A DNA stretch of 64,000 bases from Felis catus (GCF_018350175.1 NC_058368.1:185444001-185508000), one strand, 5' to 3'; positions 51,147 to 64,000 are shown, numbered from the stretch's first letter. Numbers and translations are program-made. Notes: generated by a model from the letters alone, not told the origin.

Positions 51147-52691
51147 GGGGAGCTAAGATGGTAGCAGAGTTGGAGGACCCTAGGCTTGCCTCATTTCTCA
51201 AACGCAGCTAGATAACTATCAAATCATCCTGAATACCCATTAAATCAACCTGATGACTGATGAACTACACTGCACAACTATAGGGAGAGAAGAGGCTATA
51301 TCAAGGAAGATAAGAAGTGAAGACACATGGTTTAGGGGAGAAACGGATCATGAGTGCTCCAGAGGTGAGGAAGCCTTGGTTGCAAAGAAAGAGAAGAGAG
51401 AGTGGAGCACACAAGGGTAAGCTCAAGGAGAACACATCTCCCAAGCCTTTGGCTAGGAAAGGAGGGGGGCTGATTTTTGTGAGTTTTTGCAACCAGAAGG
51501 GTTCAAAGCCTGGAGTTTTAAAGGTCTGCTGCCTTGGCTGGGATAGAATATAAGGATGCTGCCCAATTCCAGTAGAAAAGGCATGCCAGCAACTCACAGG
51601 GCAGATTGTGATCTAACGATTGCCTAGGATGCATGGAGAGAGATTGTTCACTCTTCTTGAAGTACATCTGTGAGAGGTGATGTTTGCAGTTGCCTCTCAA
51701 GGGACAAAAGAGCCAGCAGTCACCATTTCCCTTCCCTGCCCCTAAGCAGAGGCACCTGCTGAGGGCAGCTAAATTGTACACTGGCTATTTAGCCTGCTGT
51801 GCTCCAAATCCCATGCCCCTGCACTCTGTCATGGCTGAACTTCCTTGGTCAAACTTGCATCAGTCCCAGTGCAGTAATACCCTCCCCCAGAAGATCAGTG
51901 CAAGTCCTCACCACCTCAGGTACCTAAAGTTTGGAGTTTGAAAAGTCAGTAGGCTTGGCTGGGATAGCGATTGGGGGACACTGTGCTGCTCCAGGCAGGC
52001 AAGCAATTCAGAGACAGTGTGAAAACCACTATCTGAAAAACACCTGGGACACATGAGGGAAAATTATTCCCTCTTCTGGGAGTGATTCCATTAGAGCAGA
52101 AAGCACTTAGTCTCCTCTCTGGGGATGAAGGATCTGGCTGGCACCATTTCCTTCCCTTGCCCCTCAGCATAAAGCAACTTCATTCAGTAAACAGCACATC
52201 ACCAATGGTGACTTACTAACCTGCTTCTACCAAGTCCCACTGCCATGTGCTTTGCTGGTACTGCTTTTCTCAGGCAAGTGTGCCTTAAGACCAGCAGTGG
52301 GTCCCTTCCTTAGAAGCCCAGCAGAAACTTCCACATGCACCACATCTACTGACTATAGAATTCTTCCAGGCTTCAGTTCTAGTGGATGTAGCATCAGGTC
52401 TCATTTAACAAGCAGATAGATCAGAGAACACCTAGTTAAAATTTGCCACACTCTGGCCAAGGTCCAAACACTGCCCACTGCAGGCAAGGAAAAATTCTGC
52501 AGACAACTGGCCTCAGGGATAGAGCAGCCAAACACAGAGGCAGAGTACACATAGCACACACCAGAGACAGTTCCTGAAGTGCCAGGCCCTGGTCAGTATA
52601 TGACCTCTTCTTCATAAAGCCATTACTCTCAGGAATTGGAAGTATAACAGACTTTTCAAATGCACAGAAGAAGACAGAGACCTAGACAAAA

Positions 52692-53580
52692 ATACAAGAT
52701 GGAGGAATTCATCCCAAAAGAAAGAACAAGAAAAGGTCATGGCCAGAGATTTAGCTGAAACAGATATTAGTATTATGCCTGATAGAGAATTTAAAGCAAC
52801 AATTATATGGATACTTGCTGGGCTTGAGAAAAGCATAGACTATATCAGGGAGACCTTTACTGCATAGAAAAAAAAGCTAAGAAAACAATCAGGCAGGAAT
52901 GAAAAATGTAATAACTGAGATTCAAAAATGGACATAAGTACCATAAGGATGGAGGTAGCAGAGGAATGAACAAGTGATATAGAAGATAGAATTATGAGAA
53001 AAAAAAGAAGCTGAACAAACAAGAGAAAGAAAAATTATGGATCATGAGAGTAGACTTAGGAAACTCAGTGACTCCATCAAATTTAAAACATTCATATCAT
53101 AGGAGGCCCAGAAGAAAAAGAGAAAGAAAAGGGGGCAGAAGATTTATTTGAGGACATAATAATATCTGAAAACTTTCCCAATCTGGGGAAGGAAACAGAC
53201 ATCCAAATCCAGGAAGCACAGAGAACTCTGATCAAAATCAACAAAAGCAGGCCAACACCAAGTTATATGGTAATTAAATTTTCAAAATATGGTGATAAAG
53301 AAAAAATCATAAAAGCAGCCAGACAAAAGAGGTCTCTAACTTACCAGGGAAGACCCATAAGTCTAGCAGCAGATCTCTCCACAGAAACTTGGCAAGCCAG
53401 AAGGGAGTGGCATGATATACTCAATGTGCTGCATGGGAAATATCTGCAGCCAAGAATACTCTATCCAGCAATGCTATCAGTCAGAATAGAAGGATACATA
53501 AAGAGTTTCCCAGACAAACAAAAACTAAAGGGGTTTGTGACTATTAAACCAGCCCTCCAGGAAATACTCTTTGAGTTGGA
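52692..53580 (+). pseudogene. L1 ORF1p, disrupted (start ATG lost, stops and frameshifts)
   Basis: TRWRNSSQKKEQEKVMARDLAETDISIMPDREFKATIIWILAGLEKS... and ORF 53267-53620 (DLSTETWQARREWHDI...QPRILYPA...KPALQEIL). Confidence 0.92.
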
Positions 53581-53655
53581 AGGAAAGACCAAAAGGGACA
53601 GACCAGAAAGTAATGAATAAATATCTCCAGAAACAATGACAAAATAAGTAATAAA

Positions 53656-56600
53656 ATGGCACTAAATATGTATCTATCAATAATTATTCTGAATGTATAT
53701 GGAATACATGCTCCAATCAAAAGGGATAGGGTGTCAGAATGGATAAAAAAAAGGGTCCATCTATATGCTGCCTACAAGAGACTCATTTTAGACCTAAAGG
53801 CACCTGCAGATTGAAGTGAGGGGATGGAGAAATATTTACCATGCAAATGGATGTTTAAAGAAAGCCAGAGTAGTCACACATATCAGATAAGCTAGATTTT
53901 AAACCAAAGACTAACAGAGATGAGGTGGGCATTATATCATAATAAAGGGGACTACCCAACAAGATCTAAAAATTGTAAATATTTATTCCTCTAACTTGAA
54001 ACACCCAAATATATAAAACAATAACAAATATAAAGGAACTCGTTGATAATAATACAATAATAGTAGGGGACTTTAACACCCTACATATATCATGGACAGT
54101 TCCTTTAAGCAAAAAGTCAACAAGGAAATCATGGCTTTGCATGACATACTGGACCAGATAAACTGAACAGATATATTCAGAACATTTCATCCTAAAGCAG
54201 CAGAATACACATACTTTTCAAGTTCACACTGAACATTCTTCAGAATAGGTCACAAATCAGGTCTCAACAACTACAAAAAGATTGAGATCATACCATACAT
54301 ATTTTCTGACCATAATGCTATAAAACTCGAAGTCAACCACCACAAAAAATTTGGAAAAACCACAAATACATGGAGGTTACAGAACATCCTAAAGAATGAA
54401 TGGGTCAATCAGGAAACTAAATAAGAAATAAAAAAATACATGAAACAAATGAAAATGAAAACACAATGATCCAAAACCTTTGTGATGCAGCAAGTCATAA
54501 GAGGTAAATATATAGTAATACAGGTATACTTGAAGAAGCAAGAAAAATCTCAAATAAACAACCTAACCTTATATCTAAAGGAGCTAGATAAAGAACAACA
54601 AAGTCTAAAGCCATCAGAAGGGAATTATAAAGAGTAGAGCAGAAATAAATGATATAGAAATAAAAACAAAAGACCCAAAACACAAACAAACAAACAAACA
54701 AAACAAACATAGAAACTAAAACAGTAGAAGGATCAATGAAACCAGGAGCTGATTCTTTGAAAAAGTTTATAAAATTGATAACCCCCTAGTCAAACTTACC
54801 AAAAAGAAAAGAGAAAGGACTCAAGTAAATAAAATCACAAATGAGAGAGAAGAAATAACAACCAACACTACAGAAATACAATTATAAGAGAATGTTATGA
54901 AAAATTATATGCCAACAAATTGGACAATCTGGAATAAATGTATAGATTCCTAGGAAGATATAAACTACAAAACTGAAGCAGGAATAAATAGAAAACTTGA
55001 ACAGACCAATAACTAGCAAATAAATTGAATTAGTAATCAAAAATCTCCCAACAAACAAAAGTCCAGGGCCAGATGGCTTCCCTGGGAAATTCTACCAAAC
55101 ATTTAAGGAAGAATTAATACCCATTCTTTTCAAACTATTCCAAAAAATAGAAATGGAAAGAAAACTTCCAAACTCATTCTATGAGGCCAGCATTACTTTG
55201 ATTCCCAAACCAGACTCCACTAAAAAAGAGAACTACAGGCCAATATCCCTGATGAACATGAATGCAAAAATTCTCACAAAATATAATCAAATCAACTCCA
55301 ACAATACGTTAAAAAAATCATTTGACACAATCAAGCGGGATTTATTCCTGGGTTGCAAATGTGGTTCAATATAATATCCACATAAAGATAAGAACTATAT
55401 GGTCCTCTCAATAGATGCAAAAAAGAAAAAAAGCGTATACAAAGTACAACATCCATTCATGATAAAACCCTAAACAAAGTAGGGATAGCAGGAAAAGACC
55501 TCAGCATCATAAAGGCCATATACAAAAATCCCACAGCTAATATCATCCACAATGGGGAAAACGTGACAACTTTCCCTCTATGGTCAGGAACAACACAGAG
55601 ATGTTCACTCTCATGATTGTTACTTAACATAATACTGGAAGTCCTATCCTTAGCATTCAGACAACAAAATGAAACAAAAGGCATTCCACTTGGCAAGGAA
55701 GAAGTCAAACTTTCACTGTTTGCAGATGACATGGTACTCTCTTGTCATAGACTTTAAGTCTAAAGTTCTCTTTTGGCCAGCAAAAGAGCTGGATGTAGGA
55801 TTAAAGTGAGAGATGGCTAATGTCCTGGAAAAGATAAGAGCCCCGAATATGGGTCCTTGCCCCATATTTATTAATTAAGATCAGAAGGCTTACAAACGTG
55901 GTGAGCATGCGGAAAGAGATAAAGAAACTGGGAACATTAACTTGGGGACGTGAGGGAAGAGGGGGGTTTGAAGATACACAGTGTTCGGGGTTAGGGTCAG
56001 CATAAAACAAAATCCTGGTACTGGGCAGATAGGCAGATGGTTGTTAATTGCAGACAGGAGGCACCATGCCCGTTTATCTTAGCTAGCCTAGGGGATGAGA
56101 CAGATAGGGGAAATAACCTCAGGGTTAACAGACACCTTTTCTTTTGTTAACCATCTCCACTCTGGGCTGCTTCACCTGCAGCGCAGTGGTCCATAGTCTA
56201 ATTCACCAGTTTACCTAACTTGGCCCTTTCCTCCTGGGAAAGCAGCTTTTCTGCTATAGTACTAAATTAAGGGGCATTTTTGCTCTGCATGCCTAATCTT
56301 GTTTACCTTATATACCTTTGTATTGGGAGGTTTTGCTCCTGTTCCTATTTTGGATTCTTTGCCCCTCCCTCTCTATTCTGTGGGGTCTGCACCCTCTCTC
56401 TATTCTGGGATGCCTTTGCACCTCCACATTCTTGGGGTACCAATCTGGTTTACCCAAACTCGAGTGTGAGCATTCTATGGCTTTGTATTTCTTTATGCCT
56501 TGTTAACCCATTGGTGTAGGCCTAGGGGATTCCTAAGCCTATCCCCCACATTCTCTCTATATAGAAAACTTGAAAGACCACCAAAAGCTTTCTAAAACTG

Positions 56601-58285
56601 ATAAATGAATTCGGTAAATTTGCTGGATACAAAATGAATGTACAGAAATCTGTTTTATTTATATACACCAATAATATAGAAGCAAAAAGAGAAATCAAGG
56701 AATCAGTTCCATTTATCTTTGCATCAAGAACCATAAAATAGTTAGAATGCTAGGAATAAACCTAAGCAAAGAAGTAAAAGATCTGTATTGTGAAAACTAT
56801 AAAACACTGATGAGAGAAACTGAAAATGACACAAAGAAATGTAAAAACATTCCGTGCTCATGGATCAAAAGAAAAATATTGTTAAAATGTTTGTGCTACC
56901 CAAAGCAATCCACACATTTAATGCAACCCGTCTCAAAATACCACCAGCATTTTTCACAGAGCTAGAACAAACATCCCTAAAATTTGTATGGAACCACAAA
57001 AGACCCTGAATAGCCAAAGCAGTCTTGAAAAAGCAAAGGAAAGCTGGAGGCATCACACTTCCAGACTTCAAGTTATATTACAAAGCTATAGTGATCAAAA
57101 TAGTATGGTATTAGAACAAACACACACATGCATAGATCACCTGAATGGAATAGAAAACCCAGCAATGGAGCCACAACTACATGGTCAACTCATCTTCAAC
57201 AAAGCAGAAAAGAAGATCCAATGGAAAAAAAGACAGTGTCTTCAACAAATGGTGTTGGACAAACTGGACAAAAACATGCAAAAGAATGAAACTGGAACAC
57301 TTTCTTACACCATACACAAAAATAAATTCAAAATGGATTAAAGACCTGAACCTGAGAGAGGAAACCATCAAGATCCTAGAGGAGAACATAGGTAGTAACT
57401 TCTTTGACATTGTCCATAGCAGCTTTTCACTAGGTATGTCTCCTGAGGCAAGGGAAACAAAAGCAAAAATAAACTATTGGGACTTCATCAAAATAAAAAC
57501 CTTCTGCACAGTGAAGGAAACAATCAACACAACTAAAAGGCAACCTACTGAGTAGAACAAGATATTTGCAATGACATATCTGGTAAAATGTTAGCTTCCA
57601 AAATATATAACGAACTTATCAAACTCAACACCCAAAACCCAAATCATCCATTTTAAAAATGGGCAGAACACACGAATAGATATTTTTCCAAAGAAGACTT
57701 CCAGATGGTTAACAGACACATGAAAGATGCTCAACTCACTCATCATGAGAGAAATACATATCAAACCATGAGAAGACACCACTTCATACCTGTCAGAACA
57801 ATAAAACTAACAACACAGGAAACAATAGGTGTTGGTGAGGCTGTAGAGAAAGGGGAACCCTCTTACACTATTGGTGGGAATGCAAACTGGTACAACCTTT
57901 CTGGTAACCTTGGGGAGTTTCCTCAAAAAGTTAAAAAAAAAAAAAAGGAACTTCCATACAATCCAGCAATTGTACTGCTAGGTATTTATCCAAAGGATAC
58001 AAAAATACTGTTTTGAAGGGATACACATACCCTGATGTTAATAATTAATAACAGCATTATCAACAGTAGCCAAATTATGGAAACAATAGCCAAAAATGCT
58101 CATCGACTGATGAACTGATAAAAATGATACGATATATATATCATACACATAAAATGAAATACTACTCAGCCATAAAAAAGAATGAAATCTTTCCACTTGC
58201 AATGACTTGGGTGGAACTAGAGTGTAGCTCTAGTCAGAGAAAGACAAATACCAGTGATTTCACTTAGATGTAGAATTTAAGAAAC
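53656..58285 (+). pseudogene. L1 ORF2p (endonuclease/reverse transcriptase), disrupted and interrupted by an LTR
   Basis: MALNMYLSIIILNVYGIHAPIKR start; [32 protein letters not shown] at ~55716-55733; [16 protein letters not shown]. Confidence 0.93.
55743..56550 (-). mobile_element. Solo retroviral LTR (~808 bp, probably ERV1 class) inserted in L1 ORF2
   Basis: TG...CA termini; flanked by ctct/ttct; L1 sequence gacatggtactct|ctatatagaaaac resumes across it; AATAAA on the minus strand at ~55867-55872. Confidence 0.82.
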
Positions 58286-58533
58286 AAAACAGATGAACAT
58301 ATGGGGGAAGAAAAGAGTAAGCGAACCAGGAAACAGACTCTTAAGGGTGGAGATCAAACTTAGATTTATTAGAGGGGAGGTGGGTGGGTGGGATGGGTTA
58401 AGTAGGTGATAGGGACTAAGGAGGGAACTTGTGATGAACAGTGGGTGTTGTAAGTGATGAATCAGTAAATTCTACACCTGAAACTAATATTATACTGTAT
58501 GTTAACTAATTGGAATTTAAATAAAAACTGACA

Positions 58534-60477
58534 AAAATGTCCTTATTAACTAAAGTGATCCACAGAATCAATGCCATCCTCATAAAATCCCACTGGAATT
58601 TTTTACAAAAAAAATCCTATATTTCATATGGAACTACAAAAGATCCAAAAAAGCCAAAGTGGTCTTAAGAAAAAGACAACAGCTGGAGGCATCACACCAC
58701 CTGATTTTAAGATATGTTATAAAGATGCAGTAATAACAATGGTATAATACTGGTATAAAACAGATACATAACCAATGGAACACAATAGAGACCTCAGAAA
58801 TAAATCCACACAATATATGATCAACTGATCTTCAACAAGGGTGCTATGAATACACAATCAGGAAAAAAAAATAGTCTCTTCAACAAATGGTGCTGGTCCT
58901 TATAGAAAAGAATGAAACTGCATCTCTATATTACACAATACACAAAAATTGACTTAAAATGACTTAGAGATTTACACATAGGACCAGAGTCTGTAAGACT
59001 AAAAGAAAACATAGGGGAGAGCATGTTAACAGTGGTCTTAGCAATTATTTCTTGGATATGATAATAAAACTAAAGAAACAAAAGCAAAAATAAACAAGTG
59101 GGACTCTACCAATCTAAAAGGCTGTTCACGGGAAAACAATCAACTGAGTGGAAAGCCAACGTGTAGAATGCAAGATAATACTTCCACACCATTTATCTAA
59201 TAAATAAATAATGGATTAATATCCAACGTGTTTAAGTAATACCTCTAACTCAGTAGAAAAAAAAACTTGATTTCTAAGTGAAATCACTGGCATTTGTCTT
59301 TCTCTGACTAGAGCTACACTCTAGTTCCACCCAAGTCATTGCAAGTGGAAAGATTTCATTCTTTTTTATGGCTGAGTAGTATTTCGTTTTATGTGTATGA
59401 TATATATATCATATCATTTTTATCAGTTCATCAGTCGATGAGCATTTTTGGCTATTGTTTCCATAACTTTTTAAAAAAGGGCAAAACACTTGGTTAGAAA
59501 TTCTCACAAAGAAGACATCTAAATGTCTGCTATGTCTATGAAAAGGTGCTTAACATCAGTAATCATCAGGCAAATGCAAATCAAAACATGAGATATCACC
59601 TCACACCTGTTAGGATGGTCTTTATAAAAAATACGAAAGGTAACAAGTGTTGGAGAAAATATGGAGAAATTGGAACCCTTCTACACTGTTGGTGGGAATG
59701 TAAAAGGTTGAGGCCACTATAGAAAACAACATGGAGTTTCCACAACAAGTTAAAAATAGAGCTACTATATGATTCAGCAATCCTACTTCTGGGTGCATAT
59801 TGAACAGAATTGAAATCAGGTTGTTAAAGAGATATCTTCACTTCCATGTTCATTGTAGCATTATTCATAATAGCTAAGATATAGAAACAACCCAAATGTC
59901 CATGGATGGATAAATGGATAAAGAAATATATAATATGATATATACATATGCTGGGATATTATTCACCTTTAAAAAAGAAGTAAATCCTGCCTTTGCAACA
60001 ATATGGACAAACTTGGAGGACATCATGCTAAGTGAAATAAGTCAGTCATAGAGGGACCCATACTTCATGATTCCTCTTATATGAGGTATCTAAAAATAGT
60101 CAAACTCAGAAACACAATGGTAGAAGATGGAATGGGTTTTCAGGGGCTGGTAGGGAGGAGGGAAAAGTAGTTTTGTTGGTAAATGGTTACAAAGTTTCAT
60201 TTATCCAAGATGAATAAATTCTAGAGGTCTGCTGTACAACCTGGTACCTATAGTTAACAATATGGCATTGTGCACTTAAAAAAAATTGTCAAGCAGATAG
60301 ATCCTATGTTAAGTGTTCTTACCACAACAAAAACAAAACAAAGAAGTAAACAACAATAACCAGAGATGACACAAGCAAACTTTTAGAGGTGATGGATATG
60401 GTATTCATATGTCTAAAGTTGTCTTAACATGTGTAGTTTTTGCATGTGAATTATACTTCAATAAATCTGTTAAAAAA
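58534..60477 (+). mobile_element. Old L1 (L1MA9-L1MB2-like), remainder of ORF2 and 3' end
   Basis: Resumes at aaaatgtccttatta; ends ...tatgttaagtgttcttaccac...ttatacttcaataaatctgttaaaaaa. Confidence 0.9.
59273..59466 (-). repeat. 194-bp inverted duplicate of 58075-58268
   Basis: Manual reverse-complement alignment is ungapped with 3 mismatches. Confidence 0.95.
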
Positions 60478-61019
60478 TACCTCTAGGTACTTTGCTGAAG
60501 AAATTTGGCTGCTTAACCACTGACTTTAACATAAGGAGATTATCCTAGTTGGCCTAATGTAATTACATAAGTCCTTAAAAACAGAAGAGGAAGGCAGATG
60601 AGAAATGAAACCCTCGAGTAGGTTAGACTCAAAGCATTAAGACTAAATGTGTCATTGGCTTTGAAGACAAAAGAAGAGTTAGAAATGAAGGGATGTGGAT
60701 CTTAACCATGAGAAGTTGAGAAAGACTCCTAGCCAACAGCCTCTGAGGAAATGGGGACCTTGGTCCTATAAGCATAAAGAGATAAATTTGGCCAACCACC
60801 TGAATAAGCTTGGAAGCAGATTTTTCCCCACAGTGTCCAAAAAATAATTCAGTCCTGTTCACACTTTGATTTGGCCTGGTGAAACCTGGGACAGAAAACC
60901 AGCTGATAGAGGGAATGCCCAGATTTCTGAATTACATAGCTGTGATATAATAAATCTGTGTTGTTTTAAGCCACCAAGCATATGGAAATTTGTCTCAGTA
61001 TCAGTAGAAAATTAATACA
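60478..61019 (+). mobile_element. MLT1E-like LTR, 3' part
   Basis: tgactttaacataaggagattatcct...ttggaagcagatttttcccca...ataaatctgtgttgttttaagccac...attaataca. Confidence 0.85.
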
Positions 61020-62029
61020 AGGCTATAAGAAAAAGACTGGGATATGGTAAAAGCTGATCTTCTTGCACAAAGTCTTGGGTGTAGGGATTGGGAGATGAGA
61101 AACAGAATTTGGAGAGAAAAAGAGGGCTGTGAAAAGAAATTTGAAGGCTATGGGAGACACATTGGATCTTCCTTTGTATTCCCTTTCTGCTTTTGAGTGG
61201 TTTTCATTCTCAGTATTGCTTCTCTTGGTAGAGTAATACTACAGTCATTTACAGATCAAATTATCCTTATTTTTATATCTGCAAGGAAGACCAATAAAAG
61301 TGGAGGACGATTTGGAATTTCTAGTAACTGGTATAGTAGGTGAAATATGCCACCCTGATCCATAAGCCTCAACATATGGTCATTATTATTTTTTCTTTAG
61401 CATTTTTCTCTCAATAAATGTATGGACATAGGTATTAAAGGAAGCCAGTAGCACGTGCTCACTGTACAGAAAGAAATCCCTCATTTCTCAAACACTGAGT
61501 TTTTTAAAACAATGACAGAATTTGTTTTATTTGTTTACTTCTATGATTGCAAACATTTGAGAAAGTTTGGTTTAAAAACAGCAACTAAATACTAACAGAT
61601 GGGCTGAGCTGTTTCCAAATAGACATTAAAAAAATATATTACCTGTGATAAGAAGATATAGACTTCTGAGCCCATGAATATAACACTGGTAAAAGCTTAT
61701 TGACCATTTTAATATATGAGCAAATTGAAAATTTTGGAATGTTTGGGAATGGTTAGATTAGGGTACAAGTAAACAATTTGGAGCTAGGGAGGAAGGGCCA
61801 AGATATACCAGCTTTATTCCCATATATTCCTATATCTAGAGGTAGGATTTGGGTACAACAATGTATTTCCATTAATATTGTCTTTTGACCCATTACCAGA
61901 GGCTGCATACCAAGGGCTGCAAAACACTGAAAAAGTTAGTCATTTAAAACTGATAAACTAGGAACAATATATATTAGAAATAAAACAAACAAATAAACAA
62001 CAAAAATAGTCCTCTAAACAAACTTGGAT

Positions 62030-62500
62030 TCTGTGTTGCAATAATTGAAAGCACAATTTAGAATAATTTAAAAATTAAAAGGACTTTATTGTCTGCCATA
62101 ATCTGAAAGTCTAGGAGCAAATGTGTCCTTCGAGTTGGATTGTAGCATAAGCTCTGGGATGTCACCCAGGACTGAGTTGTCAGCCACATCTTAAATCTGT
62201 CTCTGTCATGATAGAAAAATGAATATAGTAGTCCTACTTATCAAACAAAACACATCATGCCATCCCCAAAGAGAGGGAGAATGGCTTCTGTCTATAGCTT
62301 TTTTCAAAAGATCAAGGAAAGAAATTTCTCCATATCCCCAAGAAGAACCTACTCTTGCTTCTTTGGTCCCAGCTGAGTCACACACCTATTTCTTGCCCTG
62401 TCCCAATTATAAGAAACTGTCATGTGCTGACTGGTTTAGTTTTAGATTAGTTGAACCAATAGAATCTAGAAATCGTGGATGGGAGCTCGTCTCTATGAGC
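62030..62500 (-). mobile_element. Old MLT1 LTR fragment
   Basis: ggactttattgtctgccataatctgaaagtctagg...gctgagtcacacacct...gctgactggtttag. Confidence 0.5.
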
Positions 62501-63137
62501 CACGTGGCTCTTATACAATGGATGTTGGAGTAACCATTTTAATTCCCATTATAATCTTCATCTGGAAATCTAAGACTCCTTCCTTTACTCCTAAAACAAG
62601 ATTAGCTTCCATAGTATTTTGTACATGTCTCATCATAGCAATTATTATACTTTATAGACTTGTTTGTTTTGTTTTCTATTTCTTCTACTGAATTTTTCTC
62701 CAAAATGTTATCGTGAAAAATTTCAAACACAGAATGATTGAACAAATTGTACATTTAGAATCTATATTTACCTAACACCTAGATCTCTGCAAGATTAACA
62801 TTTTTCTATATTTGAATTCTCATATCCATCTACATATTTATTCCTCAGTCTATGCATTATCCAGTTTACTCTCTTCTGTTGGCTTTTAATGTCCTTGAAG
62901 GAAAGAGAACTTCTGTCTCATTCAATATCATATTCTCTACATGTTAGCACATAGAACAGTATCTGAAACATCTCAATAAAAACTGAGGAAGGAAAAATGG
63001 AGGGAGGAAAGAAAGAAGAAGAAAAGGAGGAGAAATAAGGAGGCAGAAAGGAAGGGTACCTTGTGTGGGAAGAGAACTTATTTTTAGCTTAGCTGCAACA
63101 ACATAATTATAGGACTTGGTTCAAGAAGTCATGAAGC

Positions 63138-63282
63138 ATAGGGAATATAGTAGGTGGCACTGAAATAACATTGTATGGTGACAGATGGTCACTACACTTG
63201 TGGTGAACATATCATAAGGGATAGAATTGTTGAATCACTATGTTGTACATTGTGTGTCAAATGTATTTCAGTTAAAAACAGA
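63138..63282 (+). mobile_element. Severely 5'-truncated L1 3' end (L1MA9/older carnivore type)
   Basis: atagggaatatagt...tgtatggtgacagatggt...gaatcactatgttgtaca; TSD aagaagtcatgaagc/aagagttcatgaggc. Confidence 0.82.
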
Positions 63283-64000
63283 AAGAGTTCATGAGGCAAT
63301 ACTGAATGCCAAAGTCAACATAAAGTTTAAGCCACGTCTTTGGAAATGAGTGAAAAACTAGGGATGTTAATATTTTATCAGTCATTGTGTACATGATCAG
63401 AATTATATATATGGCATGGATTGTTGGCCTATGACCATTGAATGTACTTAAAATTATTCATGTCTCTTTTCTTTCAGTGAGGCATCATTCACATCATAGT
63501 TCATGAAATCATTTTGGTGGAATTAAACTTGAAATATTTATAATTGAGTAATTATGATCATTTTTATTACCTTTGCTCATTAATGCCAATTGATGAGCAT
63601 GGCACCTTATGCAGTCAGCTGCACAGGAAACATGAGAAGGACAATGGCTAATGTATGGCAGTAAATTCAAGAATCTTTCTTGGTGGCTTCATCTAAAGTC
63701 TCCGTGAACAAGCAGTATGTACTGGTCAGTGGGATCACATTTGGCCTTCAGTTCCCCAGACTATAGGCAAAGGATAAGAGATAATTTGAAGATAAAGGGC
63801 ATTGTCAGTTCAAATACTGCTAAGGCACACATGGAGATGTGAGAGTGTCCGCTGGACAGTGGACAGAGGCCACATCTGGCAGAGCAGGGGAATGAACACC
63901 CTATAGAATTTATAGGGGACAACCATAGAAACCTATTAAAAATATGGTAGGAACCATTCATTGGGAAACATCTATAATCACTTTCGGAGTTTGGGTCTGG

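Larger units (their letters stand above)
51147..58533 (+). mobile_element. Full-length but decayed carnivore L1 (5'UTR, ORF1, ORF2, 3'UTR) nested in the older L1
   Basis: Starts ggggagctaagatgg; TSD aaaatgtccatatta (51126-51140)/aaaatgtccttatta (58534-58548); 3' end tgaaactaatattatactgtatgttaactaattggaatttaaataaaa. Confidence 0.95.

Noticed and set aside
51147..58533. Possible active L1
   Set aside because: ORF1 start codon lost, many stops and frameshifts in both ORFs, and an LTR inserted in the RT region
63460..63560. Acceptor-like tgtctcttttctttcag at 63477
   Set aside because: No convincing downstream donor or reading frame

Overview
Mammalian (carnivore, almost certainly felid) intronic or intergenic DNA, AT-rich and dominated by transposable elements. 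No intact protein-coding gene, rRNA or tRNA gene could be supported; the ORF track is explained by SINE microsatellites, decayed L1 ORF1/ORF2 pieces and chance. Contents: 13 tRNA-derived CAN-SINEs plus one fragment (two young felid-type copies with intact CpGs); old MIR, L2 and L3 fragments; MaLR (MLT1) and ERVL LTRs; a heavily deleted two-LTR ERVL provirus with a gag remnant (19.9-21.6 kb); MER20, MER5, MER82-like and Tigger2-like DNA transposons; and a four-level nested complex at 49.7-61.0 kb (MLT1E-like LTR > old 5'-inverted L1 > full-length carnivore L1 > solo LTR just after the RT motif). The most unusual signal is a 194-bp inverted copy (3 mismatches) of that L1's own 3' region inserted 1 kb downstream without tail or TSD, i.e. 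a recent locally templated insertion. Other points: a perfect 55-bp tandem duplication, a candidate 72-nt non-coding exon, a candidate RFX X-box enhancer and an unexplained stop-poor segment at the window start. I found no convincing novel multi-gene system. Repeat subfamily names come from recalled consensus similarity, and boundaries of old repeats are approximate.
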